Positions 40,484 to 49,917 of a DNA stretch of 64,000 nucleotides are shown here, one piece after another; within the stretch, counting starts at the first letter, position 1; every line of letters starts with the position of its first letter. The DNA is taken from NCBI GenBank assembly GCA_963698595.1, contig CAVORL010000006.1, forward strand, positions 307,569-371,568, in the 5' to 3' direction. The notes beneath the pieces are model-generated. The model was not told the DNA's origin. It did no database searches and worked only from the letters and a program-made list of their open reading frames with translations. The position numbers and the translations under genes were made by a program. This DNA comes from an uncultured Chloroflexia bacterium. Its GTDB lineage: Bacteria; Chloroflexota; Limnocylindria; Limnocylindrales; CSP1-4.

Positions 40484-41515
40484 ATGGAGGCCGAAGCCCG
40501 TCTCCCTGCTCGCGGCGCCGCCCAGCCCGAGCCCGTCCCTCCCGCTCCGCGGGCCACCACGGGGCCGGTCGTCGGGTCGTCCGTCGCCGACAGCGTCGGG
40601 TTCGAGCGGGCCGTCATCGACCACCTCTACGACGGGGTCTACTACGTCGACTGTGCACGCCGGATCAGGTACTGGAACGAGGGAGCGGCGCGCCTGACCG
40701 GGCACGAGGCGACCGCCGTCGTCGGCCAGTTCTGCTACCAGAACCTTCTGGACCACGTGGATGCCACCGGTAGGCAGCTCTGTCGCTCCGGCTGCCCGCT
40801 GGCGGCGACGATCGGCGACGGCGAGCCGCGCGAGGCCGAGGTCTTCCTCCGCCACCGCGAGGGCCACCGGGTCCCCGTCCGGGTCCGGACGTCACCGGTG
40901 CGCGACCGCGAGGGCAAGATCATTGGCGCCGTGGAGATCTTCAACGACAGCACCGATCTCTCGACTGCCCGGCGCCAGTTGACCGAGATGCGCGACCTGG
41001 CGATGCGCGACGCCTTGACCGGCCTCCCGAACCGCCGACACTTCGAGATGTCGATGGCGACGCGGATCGCCGAGCTCGCGGGCTACGGGCGTCCGTTCGG
41101 GCTGCTCATCGCCGACATCGACCGGTTCAAGCTGGTCAACGACCGGCACGGGCACGCCGCCGGCGACGCGGCGCTGAGGACCGTCGCCAGCACGCTGCTC
41201 GGGTCATCGCGGCCAATGGACGACATCGCGCGGTTCGGCGGCGAGGAGTTCGCGCTCACGATCACCGACGTGGACGCGGCCGCTCTCCGCGCGATCGCCG
41301 AGCGGTTCCGGGCGCTGGTGGAGCGGTCGCGCTTCCGGGCCGGGGAGCGGGACCTCCGGATCACGGTCTCCCTCGGCGGGACGCTCGCCGAGGTCGGTGA
41401 CACGGCGGAGGCGATCTTCGAGCGGGCCGACGCGGCCCTCTACCGGGCCAAGGAGAGCGGCCGGAACCGGGTCTGCCTGCACGGTGACACGGAGGTCGCG
41501 ACGCCCACCGCCTGA
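40484..41515 (+). CDS. PAS-GGDEF diguanylate cyclase
   Basis: PAS with Cys-rich stretch, canonical RFGGEEFAL active site, I-site-like RxxD. Starts 3 nt after the previous stop. Confidence 0.85.
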   Translation: MEAEARLPARGAAQPEPVPPAPRATTGPVVGSSVADSVGFERAVIDHLYDGVYYVDCARRIRYWNEGAARLTGHEATAVVGQFCYQNLLDHVDATGRQLCRSGCPLAATIGDGEPREAEVFLRHREGHRVPVRVRTSPVRDREGKIIGAVEIFNDSTDLSTARRQLTEMRDLAMRDALTGLPNRRHFEMSMATRIAELAGYGRPFGLLIADIDRFKLVNDRHGHAAGDAALRTVASTLLGSSRPMDDIARFGGEEFALTITDVDAAALRAIAERFRALVERSRFRAGERDLRITVSLGGTLAEVGDTAEAIFERADAALYRAKESGRNRVCLHGDTEVATPTA

Positions 41516-41567
41516 CGGGCGAGCGACGCCCGACCTGCGTGACGCGGGCGGTGTCGCCGCGTTGTCC

Positions 41568-42491
41568 TCAGCCCGCCCTCCAGATCGCTACGCGATTGCG
41601 ATGCCGTGGACCAGCTCCGCGAGGCGCGCGGCGAGCGCGTTCGATGCCCGGCTGCTCGACGCTCTGGATCCCGACGATGACGTGCTGCGCGCCGGCCTCC
41701 GCCAGCGCCGCGAAGCGCTCGGTCGCCGCCTCGGGAGTCTCCGTACCAGGGTGTCCGTCGGCAGACAGCCTCGCGGTCTGGAGGGTTGTCCGCTCGATCT
41801 CCGCGAAGGGCCGTCCGACCGTCTCGCAGTGCTCGCGCAGGATCGCGTACTTGCGGCGCAGCATGTCCGGGCCGCCGAAGACGTTCGTGGCGTCGGCGTA
41901 CGCGGCCACCAGGCGCAGCGTCTTCTTCTCGCCGCCGCCGCCGATCATGATCGGGACGCGCGGCCGGCTGATTGCCTGTGGCGAGTTGAGCAGCCGCGTC
42001 GCCGTGTAGTGGGCGCCCTCGAAGCCCTCCTCCGTCCCGCGCTCGCCGCGCCACATTGCATGCGCGATCCGGAGCGTCTCCTCGAGCATCTCGAAGCGCG
42101 TCCCCAGCGGCGGCATCGGGAACCCCAGCCCGTCGCTCTCCTCCTGGTTCCAGGCCGCCCCGATCCCCAGCCACGCTCGACCACCGGAGAGGACGTCGAG
42201 CGTGGTGGCCGCCTTGACCCACATCCCGGGCAGGCGGTAGTGGACGCCCCCGACCATGAGCCCGAGGCGCGCGCGGCGGGTGTGGGCGGCCAGGTAGCCG
42301 AGCGTCGTCCAGCCCTCGAGCATCGGGTCCTCGGCGGGCCCGATCCCGCGGATCTGGAAGAAGTGGTCCATGACCCAGATGGAGTCGAAGCCCGCCTCGT
42401 CGGCTTCGCGGGCGACCCGGGCGAGCGTCGGCCCGATGGCGTTCGCGCCGCCGGCGTAGTCGAACCGGTTGAGCTGGAGGCCGATCTTCAC
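41568..42491 (-). CDS. LLM-class (luciferase-like) F420/flavin-dependent oxidoreductase
   Basis: VKIGLQL...GFDSIWVMDH...GGGGEKKTLRLVA. Start is the GTG at codon 20, and the last 20 aa are Arg-rich. Confidence 0.75.
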   Translation of the reverse strand: MKIGLQLNRFDYAGGANAIGPTLARVAREADEAGFDSIWVMDHFFQIRGIGPAEDPMLEGWTTLGYLAAHTRRARLGLMVGGVHYRLPGMWVKAATTLDVLSGGRAWLGIGAAWNQEESDGLGFPMPPLGTRFEMLEETLRIAHAMWRGERGTEEGFEGAHYTATRLLNSPQAISRPRVPIMIGGGGEKKTLRLVAAYADATNVFGGPDMLRRKYAILREHCETVGRPFAEIERTTLQTARLSADGHPGTETPEAATERFAALAEAGAQHVIVGIQSVEQPGIERARRAPRGAGPRHRNRVAIWRAG

Positions 42492-42775
42492 GGGCACGTG
42501 CTCCGGGTGGCTGGTCTTCTCAAGCGACCCGAGCGTACACCCGGGCATGACGTGCTCGCGGCATCGGCCGTCGGGGCCGCCAGGAAGCGGGATATCGTGC
42601 CGTCCGAGTGGACCGCTCGCACGGACGCCTCGACCTGTGATCCGGTCCGCCCCTCCTGGGTCCGATATGGAGCCCCGGACCCCGGGCGACCGCGCATGGC
42701 GTGGCGGTTCGCCGTCGGTGCGCAGCGGCCCGGCCCATACCCGAGCGCACCCGGTGAGGGCACCACCGATCGCGG

Positions 42776-43600
42776 TCAGCGGAAGAGGTCGACCTCCGGG
42801 GGCATCAGGACGTCACCGCGGATGCTGCCGTCGCCGGGAGGAGGCGCCGCGCCGCGGACGAGGGCCGCCGGCCGGCCGGCCGACTTGCCCAGGACGAGCT
42901 CGGCGGCCGACGCGATCTCGTCGGCCACCGCGCGGACGGTCGCGGCCATCGGCCGCCCGTCGGCATCTGGCGTTCCCCGCAGGTCCTCGAGCGGGCGGAA
43001 CCCGGCGACGCCGATGGCCAGGTCGGTGATCCCGAACCGCCAGGGGCGCCCGTGGCTGTCGGAGATTACGACGCCAGGCGCGGTTCCGAAACGGGCCACG
43101 AGCGCCTCGCGGATCCGGCGGGCCGAGGCGTCTGCGTCGGCGGGCAGGAGCAGGACGACGTGGCCGCTCTCCGGCCCCACGTTGCTCGCATCGACGCCGG
43201 CGTTCGCCAGGACGAAGCCGTGGCGGGTCTCGGCGATGATCACGCCGTTGGCCATCCGCACCACGCGCACCGCCTCGCGCAGGACGACCTCCACCTGGCG
43301 GGCGTCCCGCTTCCAGCGCGCGGCGAAGGCCGCCGCCTCCGGCCGAGGCTCGACGGACGGGAGATCGACGATCGCTCCCTCGGCCTTGGAGACGACCTTC
43401 TGGGTGACGACGACCACGTCGTCGGGGCGCAGCGGGAGCGCCCCGGGAGTCGCCACGAGGGCGTCGCCGAGGAGGGCTCCCAGGTCGTCGCCCGGGCGGA
43501 CCTCCGGAAGCCCCGCCAGCGGGATGACGACGAGCCCCTCCGACGGGGCCGTCGGGTCGACCGGAGGTGGCGTCGAGCCGGGCGGGACGGAGCCGGTCAC
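42776..43600 (-). CDS. cofE: coenzyme F420-0:L-glutamate ligase
   Basis: HGFVLANAGVDASN, GDDL, about 270 aa. Confidence 0.8.
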   Translation of the reverse strand: MTGSVPPGSTPPPVDPTAPSEGLVVIPLAGLPEVRPGDDLGALLGDALVATPGALPLRPDDVVVVTQKVVSKAEGAIVDLPSVEPRPEAAAFAARWKRDARQVEVVLREAVRVVRMANGVIIAETRHGFVLANAGVDASNVGPESGHVVLLLPADADASARRIREALVARFGTAPGVVISDSHGRPWRFGITDLAIGVAGFRPLEDLRGTPDADGRPMAATVRAVADEIASAAELVLGKSAGRPAALVRGAAPPPGDGSIRGDVLMPPEVDLFR

Positions 43601-44265
43601 GGGAGCTCGGACCGCAGATCGGCGAGGCCGTCAGCCTCAGCGACGAGGAGGTCCTCCGGCGTGTCGAGGTCGCGGGTGAGCGGTCCTCCGAGCTCCAGGT
43701 ACGCCGCGCCGGCGTCGCTGGCCGCCGCCGCGTGGGCGGCCCGGGAGCCCTCGCCGAAGCGGAACGGGACCGCCCCGGGGGGCGCCACGAGCAGCAGGTT
43801 GGTGCCCGTGCCGCCCCGGTCCGGGACCAGCACGACGAGAGCGCGATCGCCGCTCCCGGCGCCCCGGGCCGCCAGCGCCCGCGCAGCTGCGACTACGCGC
43901 CCCAGCTCAACGGGGCTCACGGCCGGGAGGTCGGCGGGCACGACGAGGAGCGCGTCGGCGCCGGCTTCCTCCGCCCAGGCCCGTCCCTGGGCGAGCCCCT
44001 CGTTCAGGCCGCCGCCTGCCTGGCGGACGCCGGAGGCCCCGAGCTGCGCCGCCCTGGTCAGGGCTTCCGGGTCGGCCGAGACGACCGCGACCGCCGCGGC
44101 CCCGGCGGCCGTCGCCGCCACCACGGTCTGCCTCAACAGCCGCTCCACGAGCGCCCGGCGCTCCTCCGGGTCAAGGGCCTCGCCCAGGCGCGCCTTGGCG
44201 CCCTCCAGCCCCCGGACGGGGATGACGACGAAGATCCTGGCAAGGGTGGGCGACGGGTCCGGCAC
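43597..44265 (-). CDS. cofC: 2-phospho-L-lactate guanylyltransferase (CofC/FbiD family)
   Basis: Nucleotidyltransferase fold VVIPVRGLEGAKARL...GLN.GL, about 220 aa, 4-nt overlap with cofE. Confidence 0.75.
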   Translation of the reverse strand: MPDPSPTLARIFVVIPVRGLEGAKARLGEALDPEERRALVERLLRQTVVAATAAGAAAVAVVSADPEALTRAAQLGASGVRQAGGGLNEGLAQGRAWAEEAGADALLVVPADLPAVSPVELGRVVAAARALAARGAGSGDRALVVLVPDRGGTGTNLLLVAPPGAVPFRFGEGSRAAHAAAASDAGAAYLELGGPLTRDLDTPEDLLVAEADGLADLRSELP

Positions 44266-44346
44266 CCGGCGATCGTAGTCGAGGCCGGGCTCGGGTACCG
44301 CACGGCCCGGCGCGAGGTGCCGGAGGCGTCTGGCCGGATCCAGCCG

Positions 44347-45297
44347 TCAGGAGGCCCCGCCGGAAGCCGCCTCGACCGCCGCGGCTGCCAGGGATGCGCG
44401 GGATTCGTCGTCGGTCATGACCGTGGCGCGGACGATCGGCTCGACCCCGAGCGCTGCGATCGCCACCGCATCCTCCTCGTCGACCTCGTCGATCAAGAGG
44501 GCATCGAGCAGGCCCGCGTACGTGCGGACGATCGCGACGGAGTTCGCCTCTCCGCCGAGGGAGACCGCCATCCGGTCGGCGGGCCCCTTGAGCGCCCGGC
44601 CGCCCACGAAGGGTGAGACGGCGACGACACGCGCGCCGCGCCGGCGGGCTGCCAGGAGCAGGTCGCGGATCCCGGGGACCGCGAGGATCGGCCCGATCGA
44701 CACGAACGGATTGGACGGGCAGATCACCACGCCGTCTGCGGCGACGAAGGCCGCGGTGACCTCGGGCGTCGGGCGCGCCACGTCGACGCCGGCGACGTCG
44801 ATCTCCAGGACCTCGGGCGCCTGGTGGTCGCGGACGAAGTACTCCTGGAAGGACAGCCATCCCGAGGGCGTCCGGACGCGCGTCCGGACCGCCTCGTCGG
44901 CCATCGGCAGGACCGGCGTCACGACGCCGAGCGCGCGCTGGATGCCGCGGTTGACCTCGGTCAGCCGGGCGCCCTCGCGCAGCAGGCGCGCGCGGTGGAC
45001 GTGGACGGCCAGGTCGCGGTCGCCGAGGCGGAACCACGCAGGCTCGCCGAGGCGGGCGAGCACGTCGGCCGCGGCCCACGTCTCCCCGGCCAGGCCCCAG
45101 CCGCGCTCGCGATCGGCCAGCCCCGCGAGGGTGTACATCACCGTGTCGTGATCCGGGCAGACGAGCAAGCCGTGGAACTCCTCGTCGTCCGCGGTGTTGA
45201 CGACGACGGACAGCTCGTCGGGCGCGAGCGTCGCGGCGAGGCCGTGGGCGAGCTTCGCGCCCCCGACCCCGCCGGCCAGCGCGACGACGCGCGTCAT
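44347..45297 (-). CDS. cofD: 2-phospho-L-lactate transferase (CofD/FbiA family)
   Basis: MTRVVALAGGVGGAKL ... VVICPSNPFVSIGPIL, about 315 aa. Confidence 0.8.
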   Translation of the reverse strand: MTRVVALAGGVGGAKLAHGLAATLAPDELSVVVNTADDEEFHGLLVCPDHDTVMYTLAGLADRERGWGLAGETWAAADVLARLGEPAWFRLGDRDLAVHVHRARLLREGARLTEVNRGIQRALGVVTPVLPMADEAVRTRVRTPSGWLSFQEYFVRDHQAPEVLEIDVAGVDVARPTPEVTAAFVAADGVVICPSNPFVSIGPILAVPGIRDLLLAARRRGARVVAVSPFVGGRALKGPADRMAVSLGGEANSVAIVRTYAGLLDALLIDEVDEEDAVAIAALGVEPIVRATVMTDDESRASLAAAAVEAASGGAS

Positions 45298-45310
45298 CCC
45301 CGGTTCTCCG

Positions 45311-46243
45311 TCAACCGCTCAGCGCGGTTCGGACCTCGCCGATCCGGGCGATGGTCTCTGCGTCGTAGGGGGCGGGCAGGCGCACGATGAACGTGGCGAA
45401 GCCGAGATCGAGGTAGGGCCGCATCGCCGCCGCGACGAGCTCCGGCGGCCCGAGGAGGGTGGGGACCTTCCCCGCGTCGGGCGTCCCGTTGTGCTCGCAC
45501 AGGGCCCGGAAGACGCGCTCAGCCTGCGCGGGATCGTCCCGGATCACGACCGGGAAGCTCACCGTGCGGTCGATCGAGGCGGGATCACGCCCGACGTCCG
45601 CGCAGTGCTCGCGCAGGATCGCGTCATGGGCGGCGACCTCATCGAGCGTGCCGTTCGTGTTCCAGGCGTCCGCGCGCAGGGCCACGGTGCGGAGCGTCTT
45701 GCGGGGACCGCTGCCGCCGACGAGGATCGGCAGGTGGGCCTGGATCGGCCGCGGCTCCGCGAGCGCGTCTTCGAGGCGGTAGAAGCGGCCGGAATGGCTG
45801 AAGCGCTCGCCGTCGAGGAGGCGGCGGATCACCGCGACCGCCTCGTCGAGCCGGTCGAGCCGCTCGCCGACGCTCGCTCCGAAGTCGATCCCGAACGCCT
45901 CGTGCTCGCGGGCGAACCAGGCCCCGCCGAGGCCCAGGACGGCGCGCCCACCGCTGACGTGGTCGATCGTGGCCGCCAGCTTCGCCGTGTGGCCGGGGTT
46001 GCGGAAGGTGTTGGCGCCGACCATGAGCCCCACGCGGACGCGCGAGGTCCGCGCGGCGACGGCCGCCATCGCGAGCCAGCCCTCGAAGACCGGCTGTTCC
46101 CACGGCCCGAAGATCGCGTGGAGGTGGTCCCAGGTCCAGACCGAGTCCCAGCCGGCCTCTTCCGCCGCGAGCGCGGCCGCGAGGAACCCTTCCCAGTCGC
46201 TCGCCTGGCTCCACAGCTGGGCCCCGAAGCCCACCGGGCGCAT
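45311..46243 (-). CDS. LLM-class F420-dependent oxidoreductase
   Basis: GWDSVWTWDHL...GANTFRNPG...LGLGGAWF...GGSGPRKTLR. Confidence 0.8.
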   Translation of the reverse strand: MRPVGFGAQLWSQASDWEGFLAAALAAEEAGWDSVWTWDHLHAIFGPWEQPVFEGWLAMAAVAARTSRVRVGLMVGANTFRNPGHTAKLAATIDHVSGGRAVLGLGGAWFAREHEAFGIDFGASVGERLDRLDEAVAVIRRLLDGERFSHSGRFYRLEDALAEPRPIQAHLPILVGGSGPRKTLRTVALRADAWNTNGTLDEVAAHDAILREHCADVGRDPASIDRTVSFPVVIRDDPAQAERVFRALCEHNGTPDAGKVPTLLGPPELVAAAMRPYLDLGFATFIVRLPAPYDAETIARIGEVRTALSG

Positions 46244-46247
46244 CGCC

Positions 46248-46619
46248 CTAGGCCTCGGGCTCGAGGACGAAGAGGTCGCCCCAGTTCGTCCGCTCGGCGA
46301 CGCGGCCCATCTGCGCCCGGAGCTCGGCGAGGGCGGCGGGGCGCTCGTCGCCGGTGATGAGGCGGGCCAGGTACTCCCGCTCGACGCCCTTGATGGAGAA
46401 GGTGGTCGCGGGGTTGGCCCTGAGGTTCGCCGTCCAGCCGCGATTCTGTCGGCTCCCGGAGCCGATGAGCAGGCTGCCGTCGGGACGGGCTACGCACCCG
46501 ATGGGGGCGCGGCGGGCCAGCCCGGTCTGCGCTCCCGTGGTCCCCAGGATCCCGATGCGCCCGGAGCGTGCCATGAGCGAGCCACCGAGCGTGTTGAGGA
46601 GGCGCTGGAGACGGTTCAC
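46248..46619 (-). CDS. deazaflavin (F420H2)-dependent nitroreductase family protein (DUF385/DDN)
   Basis: RLQRLLNTLGG...GRIGILGTTGAQTG...WTANLRANPATTF. The GTG start has GGGGGAG upstream and overlaps the upstream stop (GTGA). Confidence 0.75.
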   Translation of the reverse strand: MNRLQRLLNTLGGSLMARSGRIGILGTTGAQTGLARRAPIGCVARPDGSLLIGSGSRQNRGWTANLRANPATTFSIKGVEREYLARLITGDERPAALAELRAQMGRVAERTNWGDLFVLEPEA

Positions 46620-47596
46620 GCTGCTCCCCCGGCCACGGAGCCGGCCACGAGAGCCCGCAGGTGCGGGAGGCGCTCGATGGTCTCGCGGTCGAACGGCGCG
46701 GCGAGGTCGGGGATGAGATGGGTGAACCCCAGCTCGAGGTACGGGCGCCACATCTCGGCGACTCGTTCCTCGGGGCCCAGGAAGTCCACCTCGGGATCCG
46801 GGTCGTAGTCGTCACCGTGGCGTGCCAGCCGCTCGCGGAGGGCGCGGTGAGCCTCCTGAGGGTCGTCACGGAGGCAGACGTACGGGAAGAGGGTGAACTC
46901 GATCTCGGCCACGTCGCGGCCCACGTCCGCGCAGTGGCCGTTGAGGACCTCCACCTTCCGCTTCATCGTCTCGAGCGAGCCGCTGACGTTCCAGCCGTCG
47001 GCGTAGCGGGCCACCGTGCGGAGGGTCTTCTTCTCCCCGCCGCCGCCGATCATGATCGGGAGGCGGCCCGGCCCGCGGACCGGCAGCGGGCGCTGCCGGA
47101 GCTCGTGGAACCGGTAGTGGCCGTCTACCGGGCTCGTCACGTCCTCGCCCCGCAGGAGCGCCGTGGTCGCGGCGACCGCCTCGTCGAGCCAGTCGAGCCG
47201 CTGCCCGAAACCGCTCCCGAAGTCGATGCCGTGCGCCACGTGCTCGTGCTCGAACCAGGCGCCGCCGAGGCCGAGCCAGGCCCGCCCCCCCGAGACATGG
47301 TCGACGGTCACTGCCGACTTGGCCGTCAGCCCGGGGTTGCGGAATGTGTTTGCCCCGACCATGAGCCCCAGCGTGGTCCGCTCCGTGATCGCGGCCCACG
47401 CCGCGAGGAGCGCCCACCCCTCGAAGATCTCCTGGTCGGGGCTGCCGACGATGGCGTGGAGGTGGTCCCACGTCCAGACAGAATCGAGGCCGGCCGTGTC
47501 GACGGCGAGGGCCGCCTCGCGGAGCTCTGGCCAGGTGGCCTTCTGGGGCCACAGGAGGGCGCCGACGCGGAGCGGGTGCCGGGCGCGATCGTCCAT
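46616..47596 (-). CDS. LLM-class F420-dependent oxidoreductase
   Basis: GLDSVWTWDHL...GANTFRNPG...LGLGGAWF...GGGGEKKTLR. Confidence 0.8.
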   Translation of the reverse strand: MDDRARHPLRVGALLWPQKATWPELREAALAVDTAGLDSVWTWDHLHAIVGSPDQEIFEGWALLAAWAAITERTTLGLMVGANTFRNPGLTAKSAVTVDHVSGGRAWLGLGGAWFEHEHVAHGIDFGSGFGQRLDWLDEAVAATTALLRGEDVTSPVDGHYRFHELRQRPLPVRGPGRLPIMIGGGGEKKTLRTVARYADGWNVSGSLETMKRKVEVLNGHCADVGRDVAEIEFTLFPYVCLRDDPQEAHRALRERLARHGDDYDPDPEVDFLGPEERVAEMWRPYLELGFTHLIPDLAAPFDRETIERLPHLRALVAGSVAGGAA

Positions 47597-47601
47597 GCCG
47601 G

Positions 47602-48039
47602 TCAGTCCTCCACGTGGTCGTGGGTAGTGACGATCTCGACGCGGAACGTCACCCGGTGCTGGGTCCGGAACTGGGCGATCAACCGTTCAGCCTTCTCGGG
47701 TTCGTCGGCGTGGTAACGCCGGGCGAGGTCCGCGATGTCCTCCTGGGCGATCGCTTGCTCGTCGATGGTCTCGGCGACGCGGCCCACGAGGGCCACGAAC
47801 GAGTAGCCGTCGGCCGGGTCCATGACGCTGAGGGCGCAGCGCCGGTCGCGGCGCAGGTTCGCCGGCCAGCGCCGGCCGTCGGCGCTGTTGATCGTGAGTC
47901 TCCCGTCGGGGTCGAGGCGGTACCAGACGACGGTCTGGCGCGGGCCGCCGCCGGGATCCAGGGTCGCGAGCGTCGCGAAGCGCCGGGGCTCGGCGAGGAA
48001 CGCGCGGATGCGATCGGGGAGGGGGCAGGGTTCGAGCAT
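47602..48039 (-). CDS. PPOX-class probable F420-dependent enzyme (pyridoxamine 5'-phosphate oxidase-like split barrel)
   Basis: FLAEPRRFATLATLDPGGGPRQTVVWY... Start is the internal ATG at codon 38. Confidence 0.65.
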   Translation of the reverse strand: MLEPCPLPDRIRAFLAEPRRFATLATLDPGGGPRQTVVWYRLDPDGRLTINSADGRRWPANLRRDRRCALSVMDPADGYSFVALVGRVAETIDEQAIAQEDIADLARRYHADEPEKAERLIAQFRTQHRVTFRVEIVTTHDHVED

Positions 48040-48129
48040 GCGTCGATCGTACGGCACGCGCTGGCCGCCGGTGGGCGGCGTATCCTCGTGGCGTACCCGG
48101 CGCGGAGGCCGGGGCGGACGGAGGTTCCG

Positions 48130-48669
48130 ATGGAGCTCGACGGGCTGCACGTGGCCGTCCTCGCCGGCGAGGGCGTGGAGGACCTGGAGTACTGGGTCAC
48201 GGTGATGCGCCTCCGGGAGGCGGGTGCCCGCGTCACGTCGGCCGGCCTCGCGTCAGCGAGCGTGCGGGGCAAGAACGGCCTCGTGGTCCCCGTGGACGTG
48301 GAGGCCGGCGGGCTCGACCCCGACGAATACGACGGTCTCGTCATCCCCGGCGGCTGGATGCCCGACAAGCTGCGCCGATACCCCGCCGTGACGGAGTTCG
48401 TGGCGGCCATGCACGCGGCGGGTCGCCCGATCGGAATCATCTGCCACGGCGGGCTCGTCGCGATCTCTGCCGGGATCGTCCGGGGCTCCAGGGCCACCGG
48501 CTCCCTGGGGATCAGGGACGACCTCGTCAACGCCGGCGCGACCTGGGTCGACGCGCCGGCGTTCCGCGACGGCAACCTCGTCTGGGGCCGCGTGGTGGAG
48601 GACATCCCGGCCTTCTGCCGGCTCCTGGTCACGGCCCTCGCGGAGCACCGGGCAGCGAAGCCGCGCTGA
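48130..48669 (+). CDS. DJ-1/PfpI family protein
   Basis: Nucleophile elbow IGIICHGG and VIPGG. GGAGG RBS. Start is the internal ATG at codon 173 of the 351-aa ORF. Confidence 0.8.
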   Translation: MELDGLHVAVLAGEGVEDLEYWVTVMRLREAGARVTSAGLASASVRGKNGLVVPVDVEAGGLDPDEYDGLVIPGGWMPDKLRRYPAVTEFVAAMHAAGRPIGIICHGGLVAISAGIVRGSRATGSLGIRDDLVNAGATWVDAPAFRDGNLVWGRVVEDIPAFCRLLVTALAEHRAAKPR

Positions 48670-48699
48670 GCGTCCCGGGCGGCGGCGCGCCGCTCCCCG

Positions 48700-49917
48700 T
48701 CAGCGCCTGCTGCGTCCCCGTCGGGCAAGGGCGTCGATCGTCACGGCCGTCAGAAGGACCGCCCCGGTGATGATGAGCTTGATCGACGGCTCGAAGCTGA
48801 GCAGGTCCATGCCGTTCGAGATCGACTGGATGACGAGGATGCCCAAGAGGGCGGCCCAGGCAGATCCACGGCCGCCGAACAGGCTCGTGCCGCCGATCAC
48901 CGCCGACGCGATCGCGTTGAGGAGCACGTCGCCGGAGCCAGAGGACTGGGTGACCGCGAGCAGCCGGGAGGCTGCCAGGATCCCACCCCATGCCGCGAAC
49001 GTCGAGGCGAGCATGAAGACGACGACCCGGACGCGATCTACCGGGATCCCCGCGCGCCGGGCCGCTTCGGAGTTCCCGCCGATGGCGAAGACCATGCGGC
49101 CGAAGCGGGTGCGCCGAGCCACGAAGTCCATGAGGCCGACGAGACTCACCAGCAGGACGAGCGAGAGCGGCAGGCCGCGATCCTGGCCCAGCACGAGCAG
49201 GGCCCCCGCAACCACGACGGCGACGATGATCGTCCGGGACCACACGACGAGCGCCGGGCCCGGGGGCAGCCCGGCTGCGACCCGGTTGCGGCGCCCGATG
49301 AACGCCGCCCCGCCGACGTAGAAGACGAAGAGCGCGCCGACGGCCCAGGACCAGATGCCGGTGAAGAAGGTTCCGGCGAGCCCGGTGATGAAGTCGTCCC
49401 GCAGGTTGATCGTGCCGCGCGATCCCAGGACGAAGAGCAGGGCGCCCTGCCACGCGATGAGGCCCGCCAGCGTCACCACGAACGAGGGAACGCGGGAACG
49501 CGTGATCCACAATCCCTGCAGGGTGCCGACGAGCGCGCCGGCCATGAGCCCGCCCAGCACGGCGATCGGGCCCGGCAGACCCATCTGGACGTTGACCACC
49601 GCCATGACTCCGCCGCCCAGCCCGGAGACGATCCCGACTGTCAGGTCGATCTCGCCCAGCAGCAGCACGAACACGACGCCGACGGCGATCGTCCCCACGG
49701 CCGCCATCTGGAGCGAGAGGTTCACCAGGTTGATGGGGGTGAAGAACGTGCCGCGGGATGCCAGGCCGAAGACGGTCCAGATCACGATCAGCCCGATGAT
49801 GACCGGCAGCTGGCCCACGTCGCCCGACCTGACCCGACGCAGGTAGGCAGACAGGATCCCGCGAAGGCCGGCCGCCTCGGCGATGACGCGCGGGTCGTTG
49901 GCCATCGTGCTGCTCAT
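48700..49917 (-). CDS. sugar ABC transporter permease (CUT2-type)
   Basis: About 10 TM segments. The start overlaps the ATPase stop by 4 nt. Confidence 0.8.
   Translation of the reverse strand: MSSTMANDPRVIAEAAGLRGILSAYLRRVRSGDVGQLPVIIGLIVIWTVFGLASRGTFFTPINLVNLSLQMAAVGTIAVGVVFVLLLGEIDLTVGIVSGLGGGVMAVVNVQMGLPGPIAVLGGLMAGALVGTLQGLWITRSRVPSFVVTLAGLIAWQGALLFVLGSRGTINLRDDFITGLAGTFFTGIWSWAVGALFVFYVGGAAFIGRRNRVAAGLPPGPALVVWSRTIIVAVVVAGALLVLGQDRGLPLSLVLLVSLVGLMDFVARRTRFGRMVFAIGGNSEAARRAGIPVDRVRVVVFMLASTFAAWGGILAASRLLAVTQSSGSGDVLLNAIASAVIGGTSLFGGRGSAWAALLGILVIQSISNGMDLLSFEPSIKLIITGAVLLTAVTIDALARRGRSRR

Noticed and set aside
41397-43679. 760-aa plus-strand ORF
   Set aside because: Arg/Pro/Gly-rich low complexity. 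It is antisense to the LLM and cofE genes, which have clear family motifs.
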